Below, in pieces: positions 12,311 through 26,048 of a stretch of DNA of 64,000 bases (positions within the stretch are counted from its first letter, which is position 1; the number at the start of each line of letters is the position of its first letter). The translations under genes and the position numbers were made by a program. Under the pieces are notes generated by a model. The model was not told the DNA's origin, did no database searches, and worked only from the letters and a program-made list of their open reading frames with translations. The stretch comes from Adineta vaga (taxonomy: Eukaryota > Animalia > Rotifera): assembly GCA_021613535.1 (NCBI GenBank), contig CP075495.1, forward strand, positions 186,001 to 250,000, in the 5' to 3' direction.

Positions 12311-14926
12311 ATAATGCTGCGCTCTTACTTTAATAAATCGGACGGTTACTTATTAGAATGAATGATCACGTAAAATGTATAAACCATCAATAAAGAGGTT
12401 GATTAATCAGTATAAGGTAGACTACTACTTATACAAAACAGAAAAGTGTGAACGATTTGGTTTAATCAATGTTTTTTGACTAAAAATCAATTGAAATAAA
12501 ACAGTACTAAGCAATTTTAATCAAATCAACGACTAAAACAAATCAGGTTTATAAATATACATTTCAGTCCATCAAAAGTTTTCTGTTGTTGTCTTTACTC
12601 ACTTGTGATTCAGATTTTTAGATTTTGATTCTATTGGGACACGTTAATACTTTTACATCGATCGTTATCAAGTATAATATTTTGTTTTAAATGTACAATT
12701 AGTCATTGATGATGAAGTTTTTCACATGAAATGTCTGGGAAATGTGAATTTATCACAATATAGACTAGTTGTTTGGGGCAAGAAATTGGAAAAAGCGCTC
12801 AGGCATCTGAGTTTGGAATATAAATCTTGAGAAAACGTTTTCCATTGTCAAAAACTATGCTGCTTGATGTTTTTAAATCGAGTTCACTTCAATAAATACT
12901 TTGATTATAAGCAGACTTTTTCTATCTTTTTTTCATGTGAGTATTAATCTAATCTCTAGCCATGTATCTGAATAATCATTTTTATCTATTTCAATTATCT
13001 CTTGAACAATAACCTTTATTTATCACTAGAGTTCGCTTTGGTTCTCAAGAGGGCATGTGACAGTTGATGATGAGTTATTAAAACTGGAATATTTGTTGCT
13101 AGAAAAAGACATGTACTCGTTAGTTTTATTTCATTCAAATGTAAAATAGGCGCGCATTTAGCGGAACATATTGATAACTAGGAGAGGTCTTACTTTAATT
13201 TGATTTTATAGATAATAAAGATAGTTTTTTATTTCTTTATCTTTATTTTTAAGATAAATATTATCTCTATTCTTTATCAAATTAAATAAAGTCAATCTTT
13301 ACTTTTGTTTAAAAAGTTAAGATAAAGTAACATCTCTACTTTTAATTGTATTGTTTTTTCTTCGATGTAAATCAGGTTCTGAATAAGGTGTTTCTTGTGT
13401 ACCGAGACAAAAAATGGAATATTACATCTGCTAGACGAACAATGCGTGAAAGTAAATTATATTTGATAAATTTTATCTATATTTTCGTTGATTCAGATAA
13501 GTATCATAATATTGTTTTGTTATAATGATTGTTATTTTGTCATTAGTTTGAAAATAACGATGAGAATTTTTGTCATAATTCACTATTCTGAAATAAATAG
13601 TAAGAATTAAACATAATACGTTATCGTCATTATTCTTTGTCAAAACAACAAACAAGTGTCATGATTTTTTCCTTAATATGTTAGAAAAGTCAGTAATTTT
13701 AACGTCCGTTTTTGTTGACTTATAATAATAACGACTTTCGATATCTGAGTTATATAAATGAAAAAATTGTTATAGTTATTCGTAATTTTATCGAATGACA
13801 ACAATAAGGCAATATATATGATTAACATAAATATCTTTTTCGTTTCGTTATTTGTTATCTATTGTAAGTGTAAGATACCTATACTTTATATGCAATATTA
13901 TTGATTTTGCTTGCTGAGTAGTAGGTAGATACAGATATAAATCAGTGAATCATGAAAGCAAAATATATTCGTTTTTATCGATTAAGAGAATAATATCGAT
14001 CCCTTTGCCATGTAAAACTTTAATTGTAAAATAGATAATCAAAATTATCGATGAAATTTTGAACAATAAATAATGAATATAATATCAACAATAAACTTAA
14101 CGTTGACAAAAAATTCTTATTCAAAAAATACCATAAACATCTTCTATTAAAGTTTTTTGATAAAGCAAAATAGAATTAGTTGTCATCTTTATGGCAAAAT
14201 TAAACAATTCGCTCTTATGTACTGTTAAGCACAGAGAAGTTACTTTTTTTGTTTTACCTTATCATACAAAGTAAAAATAAGTATGATTCTAGTCTGTTAT
14301 TCTAGACAACTATGATAAAAAAAAGAGATCTTCATAGATTATAAAATAGAGATGAAGGTGATTTTATTTTGGAGTATAAAGCTAAGCAAAATAACAGAGA
14401 ATATTTTTGATTGATTGATCAAGATTCGATATAACAGCAGGAAACCTTGGAAATATTTCTTTCTCATAATCCACGAGATTCTAATATGAAATAAAAACAT
14501 AGAATAAAAGTAAGACAAAAAAGATGTATGAGAAAAATCTTGTTTTTAAGTTTTCCTCCCCGTATACATTTTTATTCTTTGTGAATTATTTGACGATGAT
14601 CAAATGGATGGTTCATGAAAAAAAAACACTTTGATTTATTGTTGTTTATAAGTAACGGTTTCCTTATTTAATTACCCATGTTGCCTTGGATAAAAATATC
14701 CTCATTCTTGATTTCACGAAGATAATAATTTTCGTTGAATATAATTTGTAAAAATAAACATTTTTTTTAGATGTTTTTTCAAGCAAAGAAACTGGTTAAT
14801 TAAACTATCTTACCTAACTTTTGAAGATATAAGTTTTTTCGAAAGGGAAGATTTTGTATTCGTTGCAACTTATAATCAGCAGCAACTATGATTGATGAAC
14901 GAAAGAAGCAAAAGAATGATGACGAT

Positions 14927-15251
14927 CACTGGCGGCGCGCCATGTAGGCGAAGGGAAGCAATTGCCTATCCTAACAAAAATCAGGGGAGGCAATAGAATG
15001 TTATTGCCTCTCGTAATAGGGCTATAACTAGCGCTTATAAGAGTTCGTTTAATTGTTTCTTCTACAATTCGTTCTTATTAACTTTCTCCAAATTACCGAA
15101 TTTTGAAAAACAAGGTCAGTTTCATTTGTCTGACTCTGGCTACTCTGTAGTCAATTTTCATGAACAATAGTTGAAAGTCAAAAATTTCTCGTTACTGTCG
15201 CCTGAAAAATATAATTGCCTCCCCTAGACAACTGAGCTTGCGCCGCCCATG
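14927..15251. mobile_element. hAT-type MITE (325 bp)
   Basis: Perfect 8-bp TSD ATGACGAT (14919-14926 and 15252-15259). Imperfect TIRs CACTGGCGGCGC / GCGCCGCCCATG (10 of 12 match). Confidence 0.9.
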
Positions 15252-16696
15252 ATGACGATGTATTGATAACAAAGGAATAGAACGAATTTTTTGTTAGAAT
15301 GGAAAATCATTTCCTTGACAACGGTCATTAGAGATGGATACACGTCATTTGTATATGTGTTATGAGTTCAATTGTAGCGTTTTATTCATAAAATGAAGTG
15401 GCAAAGTTCTATCGTTATATTTCTTTGCATTATTACAATAGCCGATTCCTTTGGAGAAAATGGGACAGGTATATGGCACATCAATTATAAGCTTTTTACA
15501 TCTTTTTTCATAAAATAAATTTTGATTTTCGTAAAAAGCATCAACACCGAGTGTTGTATATCGACTATCAATCGTCGGCAAGAGTCAAGGCGTAATGAAA
15601 ATTCATGTTCGTCATCGAACAACAATTTCATCTGATGGTGTATTAACAACAACATTACCTATTGATTTATTAATAGAAAAATATTTACAAAAGAAAAACC
15701 AAAATTATTTTGATGACTGGAATCAAAGAAAAAATCGTGCTAATCTCATAAACACAGCCTCTTTCTTTTCATTATTTCTTGTTTTGTCTACAATTTTACT
15801 GAATGTAAGTTATTATGAAAATATGTCATAGAAAATAATTTTCTTAGTCTGTTTACCCAAGATTTCGTTGACTGATGATATATCTTGAGTTTATAAGTGA
15901 AAAAAATTGATTAAAACAAAATACAACTTTTTAAGAAATTGAGCTGCCTTTAAGTAGTCGTGATTTTATTATTGTAACTGGAATGAAATGATGGTGTCGA
16001 CGTATAAAAAACGAAAAACTAATTTAATAAACTACAACAATAAAAACGAAAAATTTCGTTTGAAAAACTACGATAATAAAAAAAGACAAAAGTAATATGA
16101 GAATATGAAATAACTAGATAGTAATATAATGGATGAGTGATGACAGTTGTAATTTAAAAAAAACCAACTGTGATGAGATAAATGTTCCATTAATATTGTA
16201 AAAGTGATGATTATATAATTAATACATTATAAAATTCTTATTTTTATTGATTGTGTACAGATCGAAAGATGATACATACTGGAATATCAGAATAAGTCAT
16301 TATATGTTTTGTTTGTGTTTTTCATGGATGAATCTTCATCTTATCATTGACTTCTTTGAAACGTACATATTCATCATTATAAATTATTTCATGAATTACC
16401 ATTTGTAAAATGGTCATAAAATGAATTTACATCGTCAAATAAACGTAAGAATAAGAGTTGTTGATCAAGATATCACCATAATAATTCATCATCATAGATT
16501 AAGGATATGGATACAAAGACAAGAAATAAAACAGTGTTAGTTCAACAGTAAAAACGACTACATAACAAATCATGCTTGATTCTACATTTAACTAATCTAA
16601 AACAGAATATATGATAAAAATTGAACGAAAGGCGATTGATTTTTGTAAATCTCAAATGAAAAGATGTAGTATTATTCTACGTTTATATGATCTTCT

Positions 16697-18971
16697 TCAA
16701 AAAAAATTTCCAGATGTAATGCTCGAATGGTCAGACGATAGATCTAAAGACTCTCGCATATAATCATAAATTTTTCTTGATACTGGGTTGGGTTTTATGT
16801 TCGAACCATCCGTTAATAAAATATTTGATGAATTAAAAGATAATATATCTTTTGGTGAACAATTCAATTGTAATGAGTAGTCAACGAAATCATTACAAAT
16901 AATTTTGTTTAAGAGAAGCTGGAACTGGTCAATAGTTTTTCCTTTTGAATTTACATTGTCATAAAACGTGCTATTTGTTACAAATGGTAAAACATCAACT
17001 TTCATCTCGAGTGAAGTATTATTAACATCACTTTTTCTATTTTTTGAATATATACCGACTAATTGACCAAATAATTTTCTACCGTTAGTGATACAAGCAA
17101 CCTTTTTCAAACAAATCTTAGATGCAAAAAAAAACAACACAAACAACTACAATCAACATGACAATCAAAATTCCTATCATAACTTTTGGCCAGGCTTTTG
17201 TCCTTATTGTACGATTAATGTTGGATTGAAATTCAAGGTGAGCATTTTCTACATATTTTTTATGTTCGAGAGCTGAATCGATTAAAGACGAAATATCCAT
17301 CATTTCTTTTAAACTATTGATTTCAACATCGACCGGATTCACTGATTTGTCAAGTTTGAATAAAGTTTCATAGCTATTGTTGAAACTAAATACATACCTT
17401 TCAACGTTTTCACAAACGCCACCCAACGATCAAAAATCAAGTGTACCACAAGATATGAAACTATTACAGCGCGTTTTAATGATAGCAGATTTCGTTATGT
17501 TGCTGAATGTATTTTTGTTCTCCTTGTCATCTTTTTCAAAACATTGCAACGACATATCGACGCTAATTGCGTGTATATTGAGTGCTAATTTGACAACATG
17601 TGGTGATAACAAATCAACGGTTTCTCTCAAGCAATCGCTCGTTGATGTGTTGAATATGATTGACCGTAAACAAGCGTGTTGAATTGAATTGAATATGGGC
17701 ATTGGAACACAACAGAACATATACTTCGACTTTTCATCAACAGTACACTTTCGATCTTTATGATCCGACCACTCCGATGAACTACCATCTTCACTTAATG
17801 ACAAATATTGAGGAAGATTTGCTGTATACACGGCTCTTTTCCTATCGACAAACATCGGAAGACGTGTGATTTTAAACAAGTCCATCGTTTTCTTCGAAGA
17901 AATTGTTAGAATACCAAAACAATTTTCAATCCGAACATACCCAACAGTTTTTGGAAGTATTGAATCAAGATCAATTGTTTCATTCTGAGCAACAACATCA
18001 TGCGAATCAGTATCAACAATAAAATTGAAATCATCTTCCTTCAATTCGTAAACAATTTGACTTTCATTCACTTGAGAAAATGAGATTAGTTGTTGAACTA
18101 AAAGATTAGGTACAAACTGAGCCAACGAAACCGAAAAATTCAACGGTAAATTCTTTTGAATTCGATTTCACAAAAATTCATGGATGAATGTTCTTTGTTC
18201 TGGAGAAAACATCTCTAGATTCAAATCATGATTTGCAACTCTTGTGAATGCAGCTATTACTTGTTCATAATGTCGCCGGATTTCACTCTCCAAAGAAAAC
18301 TTTGCCCAACCTGTGAAAGCTCTTTGCTCTCTCAACGACATCTTCAAAAGATTAAAAATCAAACAACGTGTTTCATTCACACTATCAAACAAATTTTTGA
18401 AATTCTTCAACAAACCTAAATTGTCATCCTCCAACGATAAAATTGATGTAACCAGGGCATCATCTAACTTTTTCTGATGCATTTGAAAGTTTTCACTTTC
18501 ATCCAACCGACGTATGATTTCATCATTTTTTCCTCCAAAAAGATCACCGATAATCTTGTATCCACCATACATCAATGCACCGCCTAAAGCAATTTCTTCT
18601 ATTTGACGTTTCTGTCGTTGTCCTATCTGAGCGTCAAACAGTTCATTCGATCAACGTGCACTACCATTTTCTAAAACACGATTTCGATATTGTGTGCAGG
18701 CCTGCATACCAAAAGCCATTGAAACCGGAAAAACATCACACATAAATTGAAATACCGGAATTTCTAAAACAAAATTGACTGTGTCTTCCATTTGAGCATA
18801 TGATCCTAAATGCTCCCATATTGTATTGGTTTGTTTGTGATGTACAAGGGTACTATTTTTGACGATTGCAAGAAAATTACTTTTTATAGCGAGAGTCCGA
18901 TCAATACCAAACAAAATGAGCAAAACAAAAAGAAAACTTTTCGAGTGTATCATGATACTCAATTTCAACAA
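16697..18971 (-). pseudogene. Env/F-like class I fusion glycoprotein no. 2, with stops and frameshifts
   Basis: Signal peptide (FLFVLLILFGIDRTLA), furin-like RQKR followed by a Gly-rich hydrophobic peptide QIEEIALGGALMYGGYKIIGDLFGG, helical heptad region, Cys-rich ectodomain, TM VMIGILIVMLIVVVCVVFF and a cytoplasmic tail. In-frame stops at ~18651, 18168 and 17430. Confidence 0.65.
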
Positions 18972-21369
18972 CGATATATCAGTTTAAAAAATCAATCGCC
19001 TTAAGTCAATAAGATGATAACAGCACTTTGCAATTTATCTATAAAAGGTGTTAATAGCTATAAGAAACAAGTAGAAACACTTTGAAAAAAAACACAACAT
19101 GGTTGATTAGATAGATATGAAGTGTTTTTTTAACAGAACAAAATCAGAATATCGGAATCTAATCAGTATCGAATTCTATATTAGTTAAAATCAAAGACAA
19201 AACTGTACTGTACCAGAATTATATGAGTTCGTAATAATACAATATAGTTGTCGAAGATAAGGATGTGTAAGGTTAAACTTTGGAGTTTATTTAAAATTTT
19301 TAGAATTATATTTTTATGACTGTATGAATGAATTATCGTCGCTAAAGGAGAGAGAGGAAGAGCAGACGAGAGCTAATCTCTCATTCATTTAGCTAATTGT
19401 TCAAAAAGAAAAAAACATTCATGAAAAGCAGACGTACATATGTATAAACGTAGTTTAATAGGAATGTATTTATCATATAAAGAGACGTGACATATTTACA
19501 TTTGATAAAAGGGTGTAATTGTGATTGAACGCAGAAGGACGATAACGAGATTAATTCACATCTAACGATATCCTTAATAATATCACTATATGGCAGTCGG
19601 TTAGAGAATTTAGTTGAGTTTGGAATTGATATAAATACAAAAACAATTTCTATATCTATCTATTTTTTCATTTAATTCATAGAGAAGAAATTATAATTGA
19701 TAAATGTATAAGTAATCATTTTAACTACAATAAATAAACTATGTCGTTTGTCTTTAAACTTAGATAGATGTTTTTCTTACTTTGGGGACATGAGGTACAT
19801 TGAAATTCGTATAAAAAGAGAAATACAATTTTGTTTTTCTTCAAACAGTAGACAGATGTTTTGTATTCGCGGGACACGCGTCACATTGAAACTTGTATTC
19901 AGACAAAAACAGAATTTTTCTTCATACAAGATAAATAGATTTTTTGAAGAACGGGACATGCGGGATATTCAATGATCGGTTTTTCATAAGAAGTATACAA
20001 TAGATTTTACTTTTTTTCTGTTACTCAAAATATGAAGCTTTCTTATGATCTGTTCAGGTGTAATAGAGAGAAACTTTGTTTTTCTATTTCATTGATATCG
20101 AGCGGGAAATCCGTGGTGTGGGCTGATTTTATTTATTTACTTTTTCTTTCATAGGTATTAAAAGATTTTACAGAAAAATTGTGGTGACTTAATCAGTTGA
20201 AAAATGGAAAAGTTTTCAAAAACGATCTCTTTTGTATGTTATTTCTCTATCAGTAAAAATAGAAAATAATCTCACAACTATCATCAATATACAAGGTCAC
20301 AAATGTTTAGAAGGAAATGTCTGAGGGTGGGCGTTATGGCAAATAATGACAATACCAAAAAAAAGGTTTATATTGAAATAAATTTCATCATAATATTCTA
20401 ATCAAATATTCATGTTTTTATCTGATGAAAAAAATATACATTCATGAACAGAATGATTTATATTCTCTTTTTTTTCTACTCAAATCTATTAATCTTTATA
20501 TCAATCTTGTACATGTTCTCTTTTTTATCGCTCATTCTGATCTCAACTAAAACTAGTTTCAATCGATGCAGAATTTGATTTCGAATCGAATAGACCTGTT
20601 TTCAACGACAGAAATGTATCGGTAAGAGAAAAATTCTCTCTTGAATTACCTATGATGACGTATAGGTCATGTACACATGTGTGTATAATTGAAAAAAAAA
20701 GATATCGTTCGATGAATATATTCGAAATTAACGAACGAAAAAAGCATCTAGCCATTTGTTTTCTATTTATTGTTTAGATTTTTTAGGTATTATATTGTTT
20801 CATTTATCTTTATTATATGAACATTTATGATTGCGCTGTTTTTCGGAGATACAATCTATCTACAGCGAGGTTTCATAATAGATCACCAGTAAAATATGTG
20901 CTGATTTGTTACAGCTCAATACCTTTCTAAAGTAAAAATAACTGACGAAGAAAAGGTTCTTGGAGATTAAAAAGGATATCTGACTATTGAGTCTATAAAA
21001 CATCACTAAATAGTCTGAGTATGAAAAACAAAAAATGAACAGAATACCATTTTACTTTATCAATAGTCATTTTTTTTCCGAACACAGCGTATCAATGTCC
21101 TACATTTATTAAGATAAAACTAGAGAACGAAAAGGATTTTGAATGAAAGAGATTTCGTAACAATATCATAAGAAAAAATCAACATCGACAATTTTATTAT
21201 AAATAAAAGGGTGTCTAAGTGTGTGAGCAAGAAAGAACTTCTCAGTGAGTAAAAGTGTTAAGCAAGCATAACAAGAAAATTGTATGCTGTTTGCTATATA
21301 AACTACATAGTATTAGTTGTATGTGTATTTGATCACAAATACTCTCTACGTAAGTTATCATATCTGTTA

Positions 21370-23027
21370 GTATTATACAAATCACAAAGAAGACATATAA
21401 ATTAAAAAGGTAGATTCATTAAAACCTCTAACGACATTTTTATATTGTGCAAGCCATGCAAAAATTTGTTCACATATCTCAGTATTAGTAGAATTAGCAA
21501 CTGGATCATTATATGGATTAGTATTTTGACGACACCAAGGATCTATATGATTTCGATAATGTAGTTTATCGCAAAAAATTTTAGTCTTTCTAGTTTTTGT
21601 CGTGCGCGAGTTGTTTGAATAAAATTATTAGAATTTTTGATAAACAGTTTCAAGTGGCAGGCATCATCGTAAATTAAAATTTCGAGAAAATTTTCGATAT
21701 TTTGATACATATAAACGAGAAAGTTATATATTTGCGTTATAGATTCATATCTGAATAATTCGGAAATACTGCAGACAAATCCACAGTTAAAAGCAGCAGC
21801 GACAATTCCAGATGTGCGTTGCAAGATACGTTTATATAGTAACGACTTTAATGTTTTACATTGAAGATGAAATCGACCTCTATTTTTTCTTGTTCTTCTC
21901 CTGAGAAAACGACGAACTCGAGGGATTTGCATGTTCAAATGTTCTTTTTGATCATTGTTATCATCATCGTTCGTTGATAAATGTTCACGACATCTTTTAC
22001 TTCTATATTCAGGTCTAGCTGAACATCCAACTTTAACGTCACCAATAGACCCATCAATACTTGGAATAGATATATTTTTCACAGCACAAACTCTTCTGGT
22101 TGCTTTTTGATGTCCATCCAGTACGATAGTTGCGCTACATGGTCCTTTGCAATATTTATGATCTCTTTTACCCCATTTTCTAGTAAATAAATCTTTAACG
22201 TCCGGTAATATATTCAGAAGTGTTGTATGAAAATCTTGTTGATCTGGAATAGGCATACGGAAATTTTCGCTTGCACCAAAATTGCCGAGACGCCAAAGAA
22301 ACAATGTTTTTTGAAGATGAAAACGATTCATATTATCACCTTCTTTTCCTTCAAATTTATCATTTAAATAATTGAAAGCATTAGCACAATTTGAGAAGCC
22401 ACAATGTTTGAATAAAATATCGCCATCGATCTGTAAAAGAAGACGTTTTTCATATCCATAATTTGAAAAAACAGCGAATATTTCATCATCAGGATGAATC
22501 GTCAACATCTTCTGACCGTCTGGACGAAGATAATAATTATAAAAATATTTATAATTACATTTAATACATTGTTTGAAGAACACTGTTCCTTTCTTCGATC
22601 TCTCACCACAGCAGAAAATCGTGACGTCGTGGTGAGGAATCGGATTTGCCAACTCATTTCTTGCACAATTATTATTCATACAATGAGTGATTAAAGGTAT
22701 AAAACAATTGATGAGTGATGCCGAAAAATTATTAAGTTGATTAGAATAATAATTCTTGATATGTCTCTCGACTTCTTCCATAGATCTTATTACAAAAAAG
22801 TCTTTATATATTGGCATGAGTGATTTCCAATTTTCTAAACGAATTCCAATTTGCTCAGGAGAAAATTTTGTTTCAAAAATACGATTTAATAGGCACGTAA
22901 TATGATAATTACGACGAGGAGTAAATTTATTAATTTTCATGTTTAATTGGTGAAGATTCGTTGCCATTTCAAATGAAGTAAGAGGATATAAAATACTGTT
23001 TATGTCAAATTTCGAGGAAGAAGCCAT
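21370..23027 (-). pseudogene. CxC5/CxC6 KDZ transposase (left copy), frameshift near C-terminus
   Basis: Motifs THCMNNNC, KQCIKC, IVLDGHQKATRRVC, VGCSARP..RCREH and IYDDACHL. After the frameshift, HYRNHIDPWCRQNTNPY and NTEICEQIFAWL. Confidence 0.8.
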
Positions 23028-23819
23028 TTTTCGATGCAACTATTTTTTATTTTAATTCGCAACGTTAAATGTAAAACAATGTCTTATATATAGATTATCA
23101 ATAAAGATTTCAAATATATTTCCAAAAAAGTTAACAAATTCTACGTATTATGATAAAAGCTTAAATTACAATAAACGAGTAAATATGCGAATATATATAA
23201 ATATCGAACCAAAGTCAGTATGTTAATTTCTATCCAACGCAATTTCTGACAGAATAAATATCAATACACTAATAAAGCAGCAAAAGATGATTTGAGTAAA
23301 ACGAATGATTGAATTAATATCAATTGAATTGATAATATAAATTCAAATATTGAGTTTAAATCGACAATTGATCAGTCAATGAAAACAATTGTTTAAGCAA
23401 TACCAAATAATTGACGATATGAGTTGTACTGTTAAGTATACGTACAATATATTTGAATCGAAATACAAAATCCAGGTGTTGTGGATGAGGACGAAACGAT
23501 GTATTGATAATGAGAATAAATTGAGAACAATGAACCGAAAAAGGATTAATCGCCAAGTCAGTCGTGATGAGTTGTTGTACTTTCACATTGATGTTTGCAA
23601 GTTACGAATGCGAAATGTTCAGCTATAATCGAAATTTTGAGATGAAACAGATCAAAACATGTTTTTGTCAAAGTATAAGTATGCTTACTCACTCAGATGT
23701 GTATAATGCACTGGTCACGGCTGAGCACACTAAAGTACTCGAACTCATTCGATTTCATATTTCATATTATTGTTGTTCTACTTTTGGTAATTTTACTCTC
23801 GCTTCTCTTTACATTATCA

Positions 23820-26048
23820 ATGTCTTCAAAAGGAATATCTACACATAAAGTGCGTAGCATAATGCAAAAGGCTGCCTCATATCAAATGGATGTTACTAAA
23901 ATTTTCGATGAAAATATATGCAGCGTTATCAGTAACATTTGTTGCAGCAGTCAGATGCTTCATGAATATTTGATTACAATGTTGTTACCTGCCATTGGTC
24001 ATTTTCTCAATGTCAGTCAAATGCGTAGCAACACCGGTACACCAACAAATATTTCATTTTTTACAACAATTATTGGATATCTTAGTGTAAATAAATCAAG
24101 TGCAACAGATGCTGTTCTGAAAGGATGTCTCCTCATCGAAAAGCATATAGGTGTAAAACTAGAGAAAAGTCGAGGCAATTGTTGTGCAACGGTTGAGTCA
24201 CTTTTAACTGAATTGAAAAATACTTCACCTAAATTGATACAAATATGGGATAAAGCAGTTACTCTGTTGCAATCGTTCAGTTTATACAAATAAGGCGGTG
24301 CTGCTTATGACCGATCAATCATGTGCACTTTATATAACTCATCATCAGTCGTTAAACGTCAAACAAAATCAGGAAATATTGTAGTTGAAAATCCGGTCCT
24401 TAACCCTTTCGAGGCGATTGAATTTTTTTAAAAAAGAGCTAAAATTTATTGTTTTTCATGTATATTTATTCTCTATAAATACACCTGTTAGCGTTTTTGA
24501 GGGTATATGACCGTTTGTTTCTCTTTGTCTTGTTCCCATGAATGTATGAAGAATCCTCGCTTCCATTTAATTGGATAGTTATTGAAGTTCACTATTTTTC
24601 ACACGTATTTTATGCGATAGAAGCGAGACAAAGAAGTGCAATTAATTTGTTTTTCGTTTTATGTTCTTTTCGTATCATTACTTTCGATTCTTTTCTCTTA
24701 TGTGTATTGAAAGAATTGAATTTTTGAGTTGATTTAGATGTTTTCTGGTGAGACGTATTTTTCTAACAAATGCAGTTTACTTCATATGCCACTTGTTTCT
24801 CTGTACATGGATAAAATTCTTTATCTTCAGAATATGTTTTTAAAGATATCATTTCATGATATCCTGCCCTACATATTTTAGATATTCTCTACCTGAATTT
24901 TTTATATGGATATCATCTTCTATAACATCCTGTGTGCGTCACTCTCTATACCCTCAGCAATCGCGAGAAGCGAGTTTAGCAACAGCAAAGAAAATAAAAA
25001 CTTTCTGCTCTGATTGTGAAAATGTTTTTTGTCTTGATTGTTTCAACGAAAAGCATTATAGTATGCAATAGATGATTCGGAAAATAACGAACGTAGAATA
25101 GATAATACATTATCTGTAGCCTTTCCTATAAGAAAAAAAAGGAAAAGAAAGCGTTTTTCTATGACATTTCTTCTTGAAATATAATGAGACACACCGGTGG
25201 GTCTCATCGCCTCGAAAGGGTTAATATTGCTGCAGCTGCACATCCTGCTGACATATTTTCATCCGTCTCCAATGAGACAGATGATGATGGACTTATGGCG
25301 CTATTTCTTTTTGCTGCTACCGAACCCTGCATCCCTTTGTCGGATGAAATTACAAATCTTAATATTGATGAACCAAGTCTTGCTCACTTACTATATATTA
25401 TATATTGTTTTAATTCAGCGGAGCATAATGATATACGGCAAACAACAGATCGTGATGACAAACGTATAATATATTCGTACTCGAATGATGCGCAACAGGT
25501 GCAGTATTTTAATTTGATAATTTTTTCTTTTAACTGGAACAGCTAAATAACGATCGTTCTAAAAGAATTAAAACAATAATAGTATTGTAGGGGAATATGT
25601 GTAGTTAACATTCGAAAAGATAACAAATAACCACCTAATACTTAATAATATATATATAATAATATTTTTTCAATGATTAGCTGCTTCTCATTCTGTTACT
25701 GTACAGGTAATCAACACTACTTCGACGAATACACACATCAGATACGTGCAGCATATGGTATCGATCAAGGTCTATGATCTATCTTGAGAAAGGCAAAAGT
25801 ACAAGTGAGCAGATTAGCTGGAGCGTTACATGCCACCTCTTTAGCTTCAGCTGTTTTTGACCAATTGATTGAACATAGTCCATTACCTAGTTACGTTGAT
25901 ACTACGCCACCAGTATTTGATATGCTTAAACGAGCTGTAAAAGATTTTAAACAAACTCACAAATGGACAGTAGAATCTCAAGATACAGCAAAAGCAGCTG
26001 TATTGTTAATGAACTACTATGTTACCCAAAAACAAATATATACAAATC
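23820..26048 (+). pseudogene. DUF3987/YfjI-like P-loop NTPase gene (left copy), interrupted by a piggyBac MITE and truncated by the Helitron
   Basis: Degenerate Walker A (IIGYLSVNKSSA), TVESLL..L, Walker-B-like IWDK, DRSIMCTLYN, ENPVLNIAAAAHP (restored by removing the MITE) and DDGLMALFLF. Coding ends at a GTAAGT donor at 26049. Confidence 0.55.
24404..25220 (+). mobile_element. Non-autonomous piggyBac element (817 bp, left copy)
   Basis: TTAA TSDs at 24400-24403 and 25221-25224; 15-bp perfect TIR CCCTTTCGAGGCGAT; residual Cys-rich C-terminus TFCSDCENVFCLDCFNEKH. Confidence 0.93.

Noticed and set aside
15360-16690. Short ORFs and hydrophobic fragments as a host gene
   Set aside because: Fragmented, with many stops and no motif I can assign.
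20421-20460. Other CTGATGA/TCATCAG hits as hammerheads (also ~5122, 5771, 34291)
   Set aside because: No stem II followed by GAAA; most lie within coding exons.
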